A stretch of DNA of 40,338 bases from a virus (taxonomy: Duplodnaviria > Caudoviricetes): the IMG/VR virus record IMGVR_UViG_3300044849_000020, positions 1 through 40,338 of that record; one strand, given 5' to 3'. Of the stretch, positions 18,241 to 28,544 are shown piece after piece (position 1 is the stretch's first letter; every line of letters starts with the position of its first letter). The notes under the pieces were generated by a model. The model searched no databases. It saw only the letters and a list, made by a program, of their open reading frames with translations, and was not told where the DNA came from. The position numbers and the translations under genes are program-made.

Positions 18241-20017
18241 CAGCGGAGGTGGTGGAAGCACCACGACGATCCAGAAGTCGGACCCGTGGATCGGCGCACA
18301 GCCGTATCTGACCGAGCTTCTGAAGGAAGCACAGGGGCTCTACAACACGCAGGGTGCGATTGCGCCATACGGCGGGCCGTCCGTTGCGACCCTGCCCAGC
18401 TGGTTGTCTGACAGCATCACCTCGGGCATTCAGTCCGCCGGTGCGCAGGCGCCTGACATCCAGACAGCGATGTTCGGCTCGCTGGCGAACGCGCTCAACC
18501 CGTCGGCCACGTCATACCTTTCAGCCAACGCGCAGCAGATCAGCGGCGCCCCGCAGGTGAGCCCGTGGCTCGTCGGCGACACGCAGAACGTCAGCGCGCA
18601 GCAGGTGACCCCGGGGATGACCGTGGGCTCGTGGCAGATCGGCTCCACGCCCAACGTGAACGCCATGATGGTCAACCCCTTGAACTTCAACATCAAAGCC
18701 CCGGGGATGACCGCGGCCCAGCAGGGTTTCGCCAGCATTGCGCCTTCCGGGGTGAATGCCAACAAGGCCATCAATGCCGCGCTGTACGGTCAGGGCATGA
18801 GCCCGTACCTCGACCAGATGGCGCAGGATTTGGTGAACCGGACGCAGCAATCGTTCGGCGACATCAGCCGCGGCGTGTGGGAGAACCTGCAGGAAGAGCA
18901 ACTGCCCGGCATCGAGAATATGTTCAATCAGGCCGGCAGCCTTGGGGCGAGTCGGCAGGCGCTACTCGAAGGGCAGGCCATCGGGCAAACGAACGAAGCC
19001 TTGGCGCGCGAAGCCGGCGAACTCAGCACCAACCTGTCCGGTGAATTGAGCAACCTCTATGGCGGGATTTACGAAGGGGCGCTGGACCGCTCGGCTTCTC
19101 TCGCTTCCCAGCTGGCGGGTCTCGGTTCCGGCGAGCGCACGGCGCAGGCCAACCTCATTCAGCAGGCGCTGGCGGCCAACGCTGGCTTCGGCCAGCAGGC
19201 AGGGCTCGCCAATCAAAGCACCGCGCTGCAGGCGCTGCTGGCGAATCAAGGCATCGGCATGCAAGGTGCGTTGGCGAATCAAGGCGCTGCGCTGCAGGCC
19301 GCGCTGGCGAATCAGGGTGTGGACGTGCAGGCATTGCTGGCGAACCAGCAGGCCGGGCTGCAGTCGCAGGGCATGAACCTTGACGCAATGATGCAGGCAG
19401 CACTCGCCAATCAGGGCTCTTCGCTGCAGGCCGCATTGGCGAATCAGGGTGTGGACCTGCAGGCATTGCTCGCCAATCAGGCCGCCGGCATGCAGTCGCA
19501 GAACACGAACCTTGACGCGTGGCTGCAGTCGGCGCTCGCCAATCAGGGCACCGACCTTCAGGCCCAGCTGGCGAATCAGTCGTCGGGGCTCGAAGCCGCC
19601 GGGCTCGACTACAAGAACCTGCTCGCTCAGATGCAGGCCGGGCAGATGCTGCCGGGAATCTCGCAGTATCCGATGTCCCTGTCGTCGGCGATGCTGCAGT
19701 CTTACAACCCGCTGCTGCAGCAGCAACAGTCCCTCTATGACCTCGCGCGCAGCAACTACTATGAAACGGCCGCAGGGCCTTACGAGGCGCTGCTGCGGTA
19801 CGCGGGCATCGCTTCGCCCTCCGCGGGCTTCGGTAGCGTGGGCTCCACGTCCACCAATCTTGACCCGTACAGCAACCCGCTGAGCGGGGCGCTGGGTGGG
19901 GCCATGTCGGGCTTCGGCCTGTGGAATTCGATTCCCAGCACGATGGCACTGGGGGGCTTCCCGGCTCTGTTGCCGTTTACGCTGGGAGGGGCTTTGTTGG
20001 GTGGGTTGTTCAGTTAA
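18233..20017 (+). CDS. DNA ejection / internal virion protein
   Basis: GGGGSTTT...DPW...QPYL start; Q/A/G-rich with ALANQG repeats; C-terminal GALGGA..G...GG.LLGG hydrophobic segment. Confidence 0.75.
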   Translation: MPDSGGGGSTTTIQKSDPWIGAQPYLTELLKEAQGLYNTQGAIAPYGGPSVATLPSWLSDSITSGIQSAGAQAPDIQTAMFGSLANALNPSATSYLSANAQQISGAPQVSPWLVGDTQNVSAQQVTPGMTVGSWQIGSTPNVNAMMVNPLNFNIKAPGMTAAQQGFASIAPSGVNANKAINAALYGQGMSPYLDQMAQDLVNRTQQSFGDISRGVWENLQEEQLPGIENMFNQAGSLGASRQALLEGQAIGQTNEALAREAGELSTNLSGELSNLYGGIYEGALDRSASLASQLAGLGSGERTAQANLIQQALAANAGFGQQAGLANQSTALQALLANQGIGMQGALANQGAALQAALANQGVDVQALLANQQAGLQSQGMNLDAMMQAALANQGSSLQAALANQGVDLQALLANQAAGMQSQNTNLDAWLQSALANQGTDLQAQLANQSSGLEAAGLDYKNLLAQMQAGQMLPGISQYPMSLSSAMLQSYNPLLQQQQSLYDLARSNYYETAAGPYEALLRYAGIASPSAGFGSVGSTSTNLDPYSNPLSGALGGAMSGFGLWNSIPSTMALGGFPALLPFTLGGALLGGLFS

Positions 20018-20035
20018 TTTTCAAGGAGAGCAGAA

Positions 20036-20608
20036 ATGGCATACGGACAGATGAATCGGCCCACCCTCGCAGGTGGCATGGACCCTTATCAATTCATGCG
20101 GATGATGCAGCAGCGACAGGGCGCTGCTCCGGGCATGACGCCGCAGCAGATGGGCGCCCCCGCCGTGATGCCGCAGCAGCCCGGGCGGATGGTGCTGCCG
20201 CAGCGCCCCGGCGCGATGCCCCCGCCCGGCATGATGCCCCCGAAGATGCCCCAGCCCGGCATGATGCCTCCGCAGATGGGTGCTCCCGGCATGATGCCTC
20301 CGCAGATGGGTGCTCCCGGCATGATGCCTCCGCAGATGGGTGCTCCCGGCATGATGCCTCCGCAGATGGGTGCTCCCGGCATGATGCCTCCGCAGATGGG
20401 CGCGGGTGGCGGCACCCCTGACATCCAGCAGATGATCCAGCGGATGCAGTTGATGCAGCAGCAGATGGGTGCTCCCGGCATGCCGCCGGGGGCGCCTCGC
20501 CCGATGCCCCCGCAGCAAGCCCCGGCCGGCGGCGGCGGCAATTTGGCCCAAAGCGATGCGCTGCGGCAGATGATTATGGCGATGTCAGGCGGAATGGGCA
20601 TCCGCTAA
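20036..20608 (+). CDS. Pro/Met/Gln/Gly low-complexity protein
   Basis: RBS AAGGAG; GAPGMMPPQM repeats. Confidence 0.75.
   Translation: MAYGQMNRPTLAGGMDPYQFMRMMQQRQGAAPGMTPQQMGAPAVMPQQPGRMVLPQRPGAMPPPGMMPPKMPQPGMMPPQMGAPGMMPPQMGAPGMMPPQMGAPGMMPPQMGAPGMMPPQMGAGGGTPDIQQMIQRMQLMQQQMGAPGMPPGAPRPMPPQQAPAGGGGNLAQSDALRQMIMAMSGGMGIR
20255..20400 (+). repeat. 30-bp tandem repeat
   Basis: Four exact copies of TGCTCCCGGCATGATGCCTCCGCAGATGGG (20281-20400) plus a 26-bp partial copy and a degenerate upstream copy. Confidence 0.97.
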
Positions 20609-20624
20609 AAAGGGGTGCAGGATC

Positions 20625-21683
20625 ATGGCATACGAAGACTACTACCCGCTGCTCAACAACCCGTGGCTGAATTTCGGCATGGGGATGTTGGGCGCCAGCG
20701 CCCCGTCGAATGATCCGCGCTCGGCTTCGCTCGCGTGGGCGATGTCGCAGGGCTTAGGCGCAATGCAGCATGGTTTGCAGAATCAGGCTGAACTCGACCA
20801 GCGGGAGGTGTACGTCCAGCGTGTGCGTGAGGAAATGAAGGAAGCCGAGGCCGAGCGCAAACGGCAGCAGAAAGCGCGCGAAGCCATGGCCAAAGCCTTC
20901 ACCCCGCAGTCCACAGTTACCGGGCAGATGGACATCCCCGGGCTGCCGCCGGGCGGGGCCAAGCTGGATGTCATGGTTCCGCCGACTGCCGAGCAGCACC
21001 AGCAGAACGTCTACGCACAGATTCAGCAGATGATGCAGACCGACCCGGAAACGGGGATGGCACTGTGGCAATACCTGCAGAAAAGCGGCATCCCGGGGCA
21101 GTCGCCTCCGCCCGACCGGCAGCAGCAGCCATGGTGGACCCCGTTCGTGCCGAAGGAGCGACTGCCCGAACTGGCCGGCGGCGTGGCGGAGCAGGCAGCT
21201 TTCGGCCGCGCGGCCACGACCCCGTGGTACATGGAGGGCGTGGCGCCGGGTTCGAGCGAATGGACCCGCGCGCAGGAAATCGCCCGCGGCACCCGCCCCC
21301 GGGCATCCGTGCGTGGGACCGGCGGCGAAGCGTCGGAGTCGGAAGGGCCTTTGAACAAGAAGCAGTGGGATGAACGCCTGTCCATTTCGCGCGCCCGGGC
21401 ATCCATCGCCAAGCTGAACGCCGACCGGGCCACGGCCGAGCAGATGGCAAAAACGGACAAGGGTTTCGCTGCGACCCTCGAACTGGCGAATCGCCGCATG
21501 CCCGGCGACGACCCAGCGTGGGAAAAGACGATGGCACGACGTGCCACGCGCACGGCGAAAGGAGAAGCGCCCTCGGCGGCGCAGATTGCCTCGTGGCAGC
21601 AGCAGTATGCAGCGACCAAAGACCCGATGATGAAACAGCGGCTGCGCGAGAAACTGACCAAGGCGGGGTTCCCGCCGAAATGA
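20625..21683 (+). CDS. putative ejection protein
   Basis: L.FG.GML.AS N-terminal segment then coiled coil; position in the ejection cluster. Confidence 0.65.
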   Translation: MAYEDYYPLLNNPWLNFGMGMLGASAPSNDPRSASLAWAMSQGLGAMQHGLQNQAELDQREVYVQRVREEMKEAEAERKRQQKAREAMAKAFTPQSTVTGQMDIPGLPPGGAKLDVMVPPTAEQHQQNVYAQIQQMMQTDPETGMALWQYLQKSGIPGQSPPPDRQQQPWWTPFVPKERLPELAGGVAEQAAFGRAATTPWYMEGVAPGSSEWTRAQEIARGTRPRASVRGTGGEASESEGPLNKKQWDERLSISRARASIAKLNADRATAEQMAKTDKGFAATLELANRRMPGDDPAWEKTMARRATRTAKGEAPSAAQIASWQQQYAATKDPMMKQRLREKLTKAGFPPK

Positions 21684-21694
21684 AAGGCTGAGCA

Positions 21695-24600
21695 ATGGCT
21701 GCCAACTGGTTCTTGGATTACCTCGACCGGGCGCGGATGTTCCCCGGAGAATTCCATGACCCGCTCACCGCCGAGCAATTGAAGACGGCCGCGGGGATGC
21801 CTGCCCGCGCGCCGCGCACCCCAACGCGCGAAAAGCCCGCTGCACCCAGCATGACCGCGCCGAGCGGGCCGCTCGCGCCGATGGAAATCCCCCTCCCGCC
21901 GATGCCGTGGAGCACTGCAATCGAGCGGACCGGGGAGCAGGCTGCCGCCCGTATGGCGTCCCCCCTGATTGGCGTGGCCCAAGGGTTGCAAGACCTCACC
22001 GGCCTCCAGCCTCCGCTGATGGACACGGCGCAAAAGATTCTTGCCGATGCGAACGCACGAGACCTCGACTACTCCCCCAGCTACGCCCAGCGCAGTGTCA
22101 GGGCTGCGGGCGGCACGCTGGGGCAGATGCTGCCGCTGATGGGGATGGGTGGCGGCCCGCTGGCGCAGGCGCTGGTGGGCGCCCCGTGGTTCGCTGCAGG
22201 AGCCTACCCCGAGCAGCGGCAAGACCTCGACCCGATGAAAGCCGCGGCTTCTGCCGCACTGACCGGGGGCATCGAAATGCTGACCCCGAGCCCTGTGCCT
22301 TTCTTGCGCAACACCGGGGTGGCGGGCGCGGTGCGGGGTGCAATTGGCGAAACGGGCGAGGAAGTGCTGGAAGACGTGAAGAACCAGCTTTTCCGCGGGC
22401 AGCGCCCCACCGGCGGGCGCGCACTGGATGTGGCCCGCGAGGCTGCGGGGCCTGTCGGAATCTTGAGCCTGATGGGGCTGGGCGGCCGGCGCCGGCCGAC
22501 TGTTCCACATGAAACACAGGGCGAGCTTCCGCTGACCGGCGGGCGCGGCACGCTGGCGAAGACTGTGGTGCCCAAGCTGGTCGCTCCGGTAGCGACCCGA
22601 CACCACAATCAGACCGTGGGCTCGCCCGAAGGCACCGGCTCGACCACTGACCCCAAGACCGGCAAGCGCATCACCAGCGGCGGCTACGCTGTGGGCGTGC
22701 ATCCCGAACTGACCGAACAGGTGCCGGGCGAAGTCATCACCCCCGAAATCGTGGAGAACTTCATCCGCCGCAACGAGGAGACCTACCGCAAGGACTCGGG
22801 GCTCAAGTTCGGCACTTGGCTCAACACCGACAACAACACGACCTACCTCGATGCGGTGGCGATCATCCCGGACCTCGACACCGCCGTTCAGGTGGCGCGG
22901 AACAACAATGAAATCGCCATTTGGGATTTGAAGAACAAGCAGGAAATCCGCATCGACTATGGCATGGGCGAGCAGCTGCCGTTCGACTTCGGCGGCCAGC
23001 GCGCGACGTTCGCCATGCAGACCCCGGACTGGAAGCCGTACCGCCAGCCGGGCAGCGGAGGTGCCGGGCTGCAGTCCAATCAGCCGGGCGGCCACAGCGT
23101 GAAGATCATGCCGCAGGGCGGGAAGTACGTCATCGAGAACTTCGGGTCAAAGTGGGCCACAGCCCCCACGCTTGAAGCCGCGCGCGAACGTGCGAACCAG
23201 CTGATCGCCGAGTTGCCCACGCCCAAGGGCGCGTCTGTCGCCGCCGAACTGGCCGCGCGGGAGAAGTACCCCGTGGACGTCGAAGCCGACCTCGGCATCT
23301 TGGTCAACCCCGTCACGCTCGAACCGCTGACGCAGAACATGCCGGCGCAGCCGCGGGTGGTTCCCCCGTCGCCCCGCCCGGCGCCAGCTGTGGACCTCGG
23401 GAGCACGGCGCCCGAGGCGCAACTGCTTGAAAGGGCTGCCGCGCAGATCAAGCTGCCCACCGGGCAGAACTACAATCGCCCCCCTGTGGACCCGGAGACC
23501 GTCGTGCCCACCCTGACGGCAGTGCCGGGCGGGCACAAGCGTTTCGGCTTCCCGGTGTGGGACTTCACCGGCCGGCAGGCCTTCCTCGGCAATTTCCTCG
23601 ACCCATACATGTATATTGCCGCCACTGCCGAGCCGTCCGAGCATGACTACAAGCGGACTGACGCCCTTTCGACCCACACCGCTATCCGGTGGCTCAAGCG
23701 CACCGATCCTGACTATCTCAACCTGCTGCTGAGCCGGGCCGTGTCGGCATACTACGGCGACGAAACCGCGCGGGCCATGCTCCAGATGGAAGAGGCTGAC
23801 GCCGACGCGCGCACCAAGGGATTCATCGAAGACCTCAACATCGGGCTGCGGTACGACCGCGCGCCTGCCAGCATCCTCGAACCGGAGCAGCGGACGTTGC
23901 TCCCGCTTGGTGAGGTGCCGCCGCTCACCCTCGCGCCGGGCCTCCCCGAACGCTCCGCCAAAGACCGGGAAATCCGCGATATGGACGCGGAAATGCAGCG
24001 GCGGGAGAAGCAGGAGAGCTTCCCTCAAGAGGTGATGGACCCACGGGCCGCCGCCTTCATCGCCGAGCGGCGTGCGAAGGGCGAGGTTCCCACCAACCTG
24101 TGGGCGATTTATGAAGCCGACAACACTGCCCGGCACACGGATTTCTTTACCCGCGATGCAGCCGAGACCTTCCTGCGGTACGCGCAGCAAAAACCTGAGC
24201 CAAGTGAAACGCAGGAGCAAGCACGCAGCGCCTTTATCGCGCCGCGTTTCACCCGGCCTTACGCTCCTCAAGAAGCTGCTGCTCCGACGAGTCCGGGTTT
24301 CGTATACGAAGGGCCGCCGGGGGGACGCAATATCACCAACGCAGCTGTGAGCGAGTTTTTCGATGCCGCGCGCCACGGCAAAATCAGGAGTGACGCGTCC
24401 AGCCGCTCGTGGAAAAAAGGCAACATGGAGGTGCTGGCGAATCCGAACTACGTGAACATGCTCCTGCACGGCCACACGATTGCCACATATGACCGCAACA
24501 CCGGCGATCTCACGTTGACCGATGCCGGGTGGCGGACCCGGACCACGAAGGACCGGCTGAACGCTATTCTCAAGGCCGTCGGGCACCCGGGCATCTATCA

Positions 24601-27600
24601 ACACCGGTTCAAGTGGTATGTCCGCGACCCCGGCTATGGGGAGCTGTGGCACGGCAGCCTGCTTCTCCGTGGCGTGGTGCGCCGGGACACTGGCACTTTC
24701 GCCCACCAGTTGCCCAGCTATGCGTTCAACCTCGCCACGCCGGAAGAGCCCAGCGCCGCGCCGCCCGAGCAGGCACTGCTTCCGGGGATCGGCCCAGAAG
24801 TCCGCGAGGTGAAGGTGACCGGGAAGGAATCGCCTGTGTTCCGGCAGGGCAAGTCTGTGCTCGCGGGAAGCATCGAACACGACTTCCGTGGGGGAGCACT
24901 GGTGATGGGTCCGCCTAACGACTTCATGCTGAAAGGCGAACGCCGCGCGCAGGCGCCTCACGATCTCATTCGCAGCGTGCTCGACTTCGCCCGGGACAAC
25001 GATGTGCGCACGATCATCCTCCCGTACAGCTTCAAGCCGTTCAACGCCGCCTTCGAATATGAAGCCCTGCAGCGTGGCATCACCCCCGCCCCGATGCCCG
25101 GCGGTTTTCTTGCGCTCGTGCAGAACTACTCGCCTGAATATCAGGCCACTTGGGGTGCCCCGGGCTACACGCACAAAGGCGGGGTCGTGCCCGAAACCTT
25201 CGGCGTGTCGGAGGAATTCTTCCGCCAGAATCTCCCCAAGTTCCGTTTCGGCGAAACGGAATCAGTCCTGTGGGGCGAGACGGAAAACGAGCGCGGCGAA
25301 CTGCTGCTGCAAGGCAAAGCCATGCGCCCCTTGACTGCGCCGCAGACTCGCAGCGTGATGGGCTTGCTGGAAGGGCTTGAGCGCATGGGCCTGCCGCCTA
25401 TTTTTGTGGCACGGCTGAAGCGCATCGGACGGGGCGCCTATGACACCCCGAACAACCTCGCGCAAGTGGATTTCATGAATGACACCATGACCATTTCCGA
25501 GGCCATGCTCGCCCGGCTGAGTCCGGATGAAAGCCCGGCGCCGGTGCTGACGTCCGTGATCCACGAACTGGGGCACCTCGCTTCGCTTCACGTCAGCCGA
25601 GACGGAGTGCCCGACGGCCCTCCGATCCGGTCGCCGCTGTTCCACCTTTCGAGCCCCGGAGTGCTGATGCGCTACGCCCAGCTGGCCCAGCGCAAAATGG
25701 GCGAGGGCGGCAAGCTGTCTGAGAACATCAACATCATCCCGCCTGATGATGTGCGCGTCGGCCCCATCATGCGCGAGGTGCTGAACAAGGGCTTCTCCGG
25801 GCACGGGCTCTTGGGCGAACTGATGACGTATCCCGCGCGGGCAGTCAACCTCTACGAAGACCTCGACCACATGCAGGGTGAAGCCTTCGCTCAGGCGTGG
25901 GCGGCGTACTACCTGCACCCGGAAGACCTTCGGAATGAAATGCCGCTGAGCTACAACATGATGAAGGAACTGGACAACTACGCCCGGAATTCCAAGACCT
26001 TCGAAGAGTGGATGACCAAGCTGGAAGCCGCGCTGCATGTGTCTCCTGAGGCTTCGGCGAAGCGCCGCGAAATCGTGAAGAAAGATGTGCTCGGGCCTTA
26101 TCAGGCTTCCTTCTTCCACAGCAACGTGGCGGGCACCGACATCCAGCAGCCGCTGGCTACCGCCAACCTCGACCCCAATCAGCAGCGGTTCCTCGACCGC
26201 TTCATCCGTGGAAACGAGGAGCGCATCTTCGGCGCGCGGCGTGGCGTGCAGAATGCAGAAGCTATCGACCAGCAGGCCGCCGCCTACGTTGCCGACATGG
26301 ACGCCTTGGCCAAGTCCCTCGACGTGCCGCTGGTGGACCTGATGAAGAAGCGCGGAGGCATTGCGATGTCGGCCGCCGAACTGAAAGCCGGGCAATCGCT
26401 GATGTCCGAAGCCGTGCGGCAAACGAAGCAGGCAGCGACCGCGGCGGCTCAGCAGAACGCCGATGAATCCACCGTCGCGGCTTTCATCGAGCAGTACCGT
26501 GGGCTGCAGGAACTCACCGACGAGTTCTTCCGTGCTCGTGCCGAGTGGGGCCGCGCGGGTCAGGCGCTGCAGCGGCAGGCCATCGACTTCGCCGACGCAC
26601 TGAAGCTGGTATCCAAGGCCGGCGGCATCGGCAACGCCAAGGACATCGCCCTGATGATGTCCACGCTGGATGAATCGCAGCAGGCGGCGTTCGCTCGTGC
26701 GATGAAGCAGAAGACCCCCGGGCAGCAGGCGTGGGGCCTGTGGTACAGCTTCATGCTGTCGAACCCGAAGACCCACATCGTCAACCTCACGAGCAACGCT
26801 GTCTACAACCAATGGCTCGGGCTCGACCGGCTGGTGGCCGCGGGCCTCGGCAAGCTGCATGGCGGCGACAAGGTGTATTTCCGTGAAATGGTGCCCACGC
26901 TTCACGGGCTCGCGCAGGGCACGCTCGACGCCATCCAGCACAGCGCCGACTACCTTGCGACCGGCGGGGAAGGCGGCAAGTGGGATGTGCCCGGCGGGGA
27001 GACACAGCGGCTCGGCGCGACCAACCTGATTCCGAGGTTGATGGGCACGGCCGATGCGTTCTTCCGCAGCGTGGCGTTCCATCAGGAACTGCGCCGCCGG
27101 GCGATGCGGCAGGCCATCACCGAGGGGCTGAAAGGCGACTCGCTGTATCAGCGCGAGGAATATCTGCGCACGCACCCCGACGAGTTCGTGGAGGGCTACC
27201 GTGCCGCCGAACGCTTCGCCCGGAAAGCCACCTTCACCGAAGAACTGGGTCCGTGGACCAAGAATCTCGAACGCATGCGCAGCGCCCCCGGGGCGCCTGT
27301 CGCCGCCGGGATCACGCGGGGCACCGTGCCTTTCCTTCGCACCATCGTGAACCTGACGAAGCAGGGCGCGCGTCACATTCCCGGCGCGGCTTTCGGGCTG
27401 CCCGAGGTGCGGAGCGAGTGGCGGAAGGGTGGCGCTTCGCGCGACGTGGCCGCGGCCGAGCAGCTTACCGGCGCGGGCATCATGGCGTTGGGCTGGCTGC
27501 TGGCGGAAATGGGCAAAGCCACCGGCGCCGAGCCGCCCGACCGCACGGAGGCTGCGGCGTGGCGCATGGAGAACCAGCCGGTCAGCGTCAAGGCTGGCGA

Positions 27601-28318
27601 TCAGTGGGTGGGCCTCAACCGCCTCGACCCGCTCGCCACTGTGTTCGGCATCGGAGCCAGCATGCCGATGATCGCCCAGTCCGAGGATCAGGTGGGCGCG
27701 GCGCTCGAAGCCATCAAGCAACTGTGGTTCAGCAAGACGTGGATGACCGGGCTCTCCGACCTCTTCGGCGCAACGGAGTCATACAGCCCGCAGGAGGGCG
27801 AGTCCAAGCTCGTCAACCTCGGCGCGGGGTGGGCCTCCACGCTGGTGCCTGCGGTGATGGGCGAAGCGGCGCGCAATGTGGACCCCTACGCCCGCAAGCA
27901 GCAGGCCGAAGGGTTCGAAGGAAGGGTCATGGGCCGCGTGCCCGGCCTGCGCGAGCAACTGGCTCCTTCGGTCAACGTGCGCGGCGAGCCCATCGAGCGG
28001 CAGCAGTTCCTCGGCCCCGACTTCTTCTCGCCGTTCCCGACCAAGGACGCCACGCAACACGACCCCGTGCTCGCCGAAATGCTGCGCGTGCATGCCGTGC
28101 CCCACACGCTCAAAGGCACGAGCAAGACGGGCAAGCTGACCCCTGAAATGGCGAGCAACTACCAGATGACCTCGCGACAGATCGCATGGCCTATTCTCAC
28201 CACGTTGATCTACAGTGACGAGTATCTGGACGCGGGCGCCGACGAGCAGAAGGACATGATCGAAGAAGTGCTGAAAAAGGCCAATGCGCAAGCCCGCAAG
28301 GAACTGGAAATGGAGTGA
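21695..28318 (+). CDS. large polyvalent internal virion/ejection protein (2207 aa)
   Basis: Multi-domain; HELGH zincin motif; helical C-terminal region with NP.TH.VN..SN, D.FF, PF.RT..N and RLDP motifs typical of gp16-like core proteins. Confidence 0.8.
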   Translation: MAANWFLDYLDRARMFPGEFHDPLTAEQLKTAAGMPARAPRTPTREKPAAPSMTAPSGPLAPMEIPLPPMPWSTAIERTGEQAAARMASPLIGVAQGLQDLTGLQPPLMDTAQKILADANARDLDYSPSYAQRSVRAAGGTLGQMLPLMGMGGGPLAQALVGAPWFAAGAYPEQRQDLDPMKAAASAALTGGIEMLTPSPVPFLRNTGVAGAVRGAIGETGEEVLEDVKNQLFRGQRPTGGRALDVAREAAGPVGILSLMGLGGRRRPTVPHETQGELPLTGGRGTLAKTVVPKLVAPVATRHHNQTVGSPEGTGSTTDPKTGKRITSGGYAVGVHPELTEQVPGEVITPEIVENFIRRNEETYRKDSGLKFGTWLNTDNNTTYLDAVAIIPDLDTAVQVARNNNEIAIWDLKNKQEIRIDYGMGEQLPFDFGGQRATFAMQTPDWKPYRQPGSGGAGLQSNQPGGHSVKIMPQGGKYVIENFGSKWATAPTLEAARERANQLIAELPTPKGASVAAELAAREKYPVDVEADLGILVNPVTLEPLTQNMPAQPRVVPPSPRPAPAVDLGSTAPEAQLLERAAAQIKLPTGQNYNRPPVDPETVVPTLTAVPGGHKRFGFPVWDFTGRQAFLGNFLDPYMYIAATAEPSEHDYKRTDALSTHTAIRWLKRTDPDYLNLLLSRAVSAYYGDETARAMLQMEEADADARTKGFIEDLNIGLRYDRAPASILEPEQRTLLPLGEVPPLTLAPGLPERSAKDREIRDMDAEMQRREKQESFPQEVMDPRAAAFIAERRAKGEVPTNLWAIYEADNTARHTDFFTRDAAETFLRYAQQKPEPSETQEQARSAFIAPRFTRPYAPQEAAAPTSPGFVYEGPPGGRNITNAAVSEFFDAARHGKIRSDASSRSWKKGNMEVLANPNYVNMLLHGHTIATYDRNTGDLTLTDAGWRTRTTKDRLNAILKAVGHPGIYQHRFKWYVRDPGYGELWHGSLLLRGVVRRDTGTFAHQLPSYAFNLATPEEPSAAPPEQALLPGIGPEVREVKVTGKESPVFRQGKSVLAGSIEHDFRGGALVMGPPNDFMLKGERRAQAPHDLIRSVLDFARDNDVRTIILPYSFKPFNAAFEYEALQRGITPAPMPGGFLALVQNYSPEYQATWGAPGYTHKGGVVPETFGVSEEFFRQNLPKFRFGETESVLWGETENERGELLLQGKAMRPLTAPQTRSVMGLLEGLERMGLPPIFVARLKRIGRGAYDTPNNLAQVDFMNDTMTISEAMLARLSPDESPAPVLTSVIHELGHLASLHVSRDGVPDGPPIRSPLFHLSSPGVLMRYAQLAQRKMGEGGKLSENINIIPPDDVRVGPIMREVLNKGFSGHGLLGELMTYPARAVNLYEDLDHMQGEAFAQAWAAYYLHPEDLRNEMPLSYNMMKELDNYARNSKTFEEWMTKLEAALHVSPEASAKRREIVKKDVLGPYQASFFHSNVAGTDIQQPLATANLDPNQQRFLDRFIRGNEERIFGARRGVQNAEAIDQQAAAYVADMDALAKSLDVPLVDLMKKRGGIAMSAAELKAGQSLMSEAVRQTKQAATAAAQQNADESTVAAFIEQYRGLQELTDEFFRARAEWGRAGQALQRQAIDFADALKLVSKAGGIGNAKDIALMMSTLDESQQAAFARAMKQKTPGQQAWGLWYSFMLSNPKTHIVNLTSNAVYNQWLGLDRLVAAGLGKLHGGDKVYFREMVPTLHGLAQGTLDAIQHSADYLATGGEGGKWDVPGGETQRLGATNLIPRLMGTADAFFRSVAFHQELRRRAMRQAITEGLKGDSLYQREEYLRTHPDEFVEGYRAAERFARKATFTEELGPWTKNLERMRSAPGAPVAAGITRGTVPFLRTIVNLTKQGARHIPGAAFGLPEVRSEWRKGGASRDVAAAEQLTGAGIMALGWLLAEMGKATGAEPPDRTEAAAWRMENQPVSVKAGDQWVGLNRLDPLATVFGIGASMPMIAQSEDQVGAALEAIKQLWFSKTWMTGLSDLFGATESYSPQEGESKLVNLGAGWASTLVPAVMGEAARNVDPYARKQQAEGFEGRVMGRVPGLREQLAPSVNVRGEPIERQQFLGPDFFSPFPTKDATQHDPVLAEMLRVHAVPHTLKGTSKTGKLTPEMASNYQMTSRQIAWPILTTLIYSDEYLDAGADEQKDMIEEVLKKANAQARKELEME

Positions 28319-28325
28319 CAACCCG

Positions 28326-28544
28326 ATGAACGGTGACTTCAAGAATCTGCTGACTCAGTTGGCCACTTTGGTCCTTTCCGGTGCGCTGGGCGGATGGATC
28401 GGGGTGCAGGTGACTCTCGCCGAGCTGCGTATCAACATGGAGAACACCAGCCAGCACATCCATGTGCTTGAAGACATCGCAAGGCAGCACGACGACTTCC
28501 GCGAGCGCATCGCCCGCCTCGAAGTGCTGTGCAAGGAGAAGTAA
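28326..28544 (+). CDS. putative holin-like membrane protein
   Basis: One TM segment plus coiled coil; abuts the endolysin. Confidence 0.5.
   Translation: MNGDFKNLLTQLATLVLSGALGGWIGVQVTLAELRINMENTSQHIHVLEDIARQHDDFRERIARLEVLCKEK

Noticed and set aside
20255-20400. 30-bp repeats as CRISPR
   Set aside because: No spacers; in-frame coding tandem repeat
295-27721. Many long antisense or alternate-frame ORFs (e.g. 295-1551, 15297-17009, 21023-23095, 23147-25174, 25262-27721)
   Set aside because: Shadows of real genes expected with high GC3; no recognisable motifs
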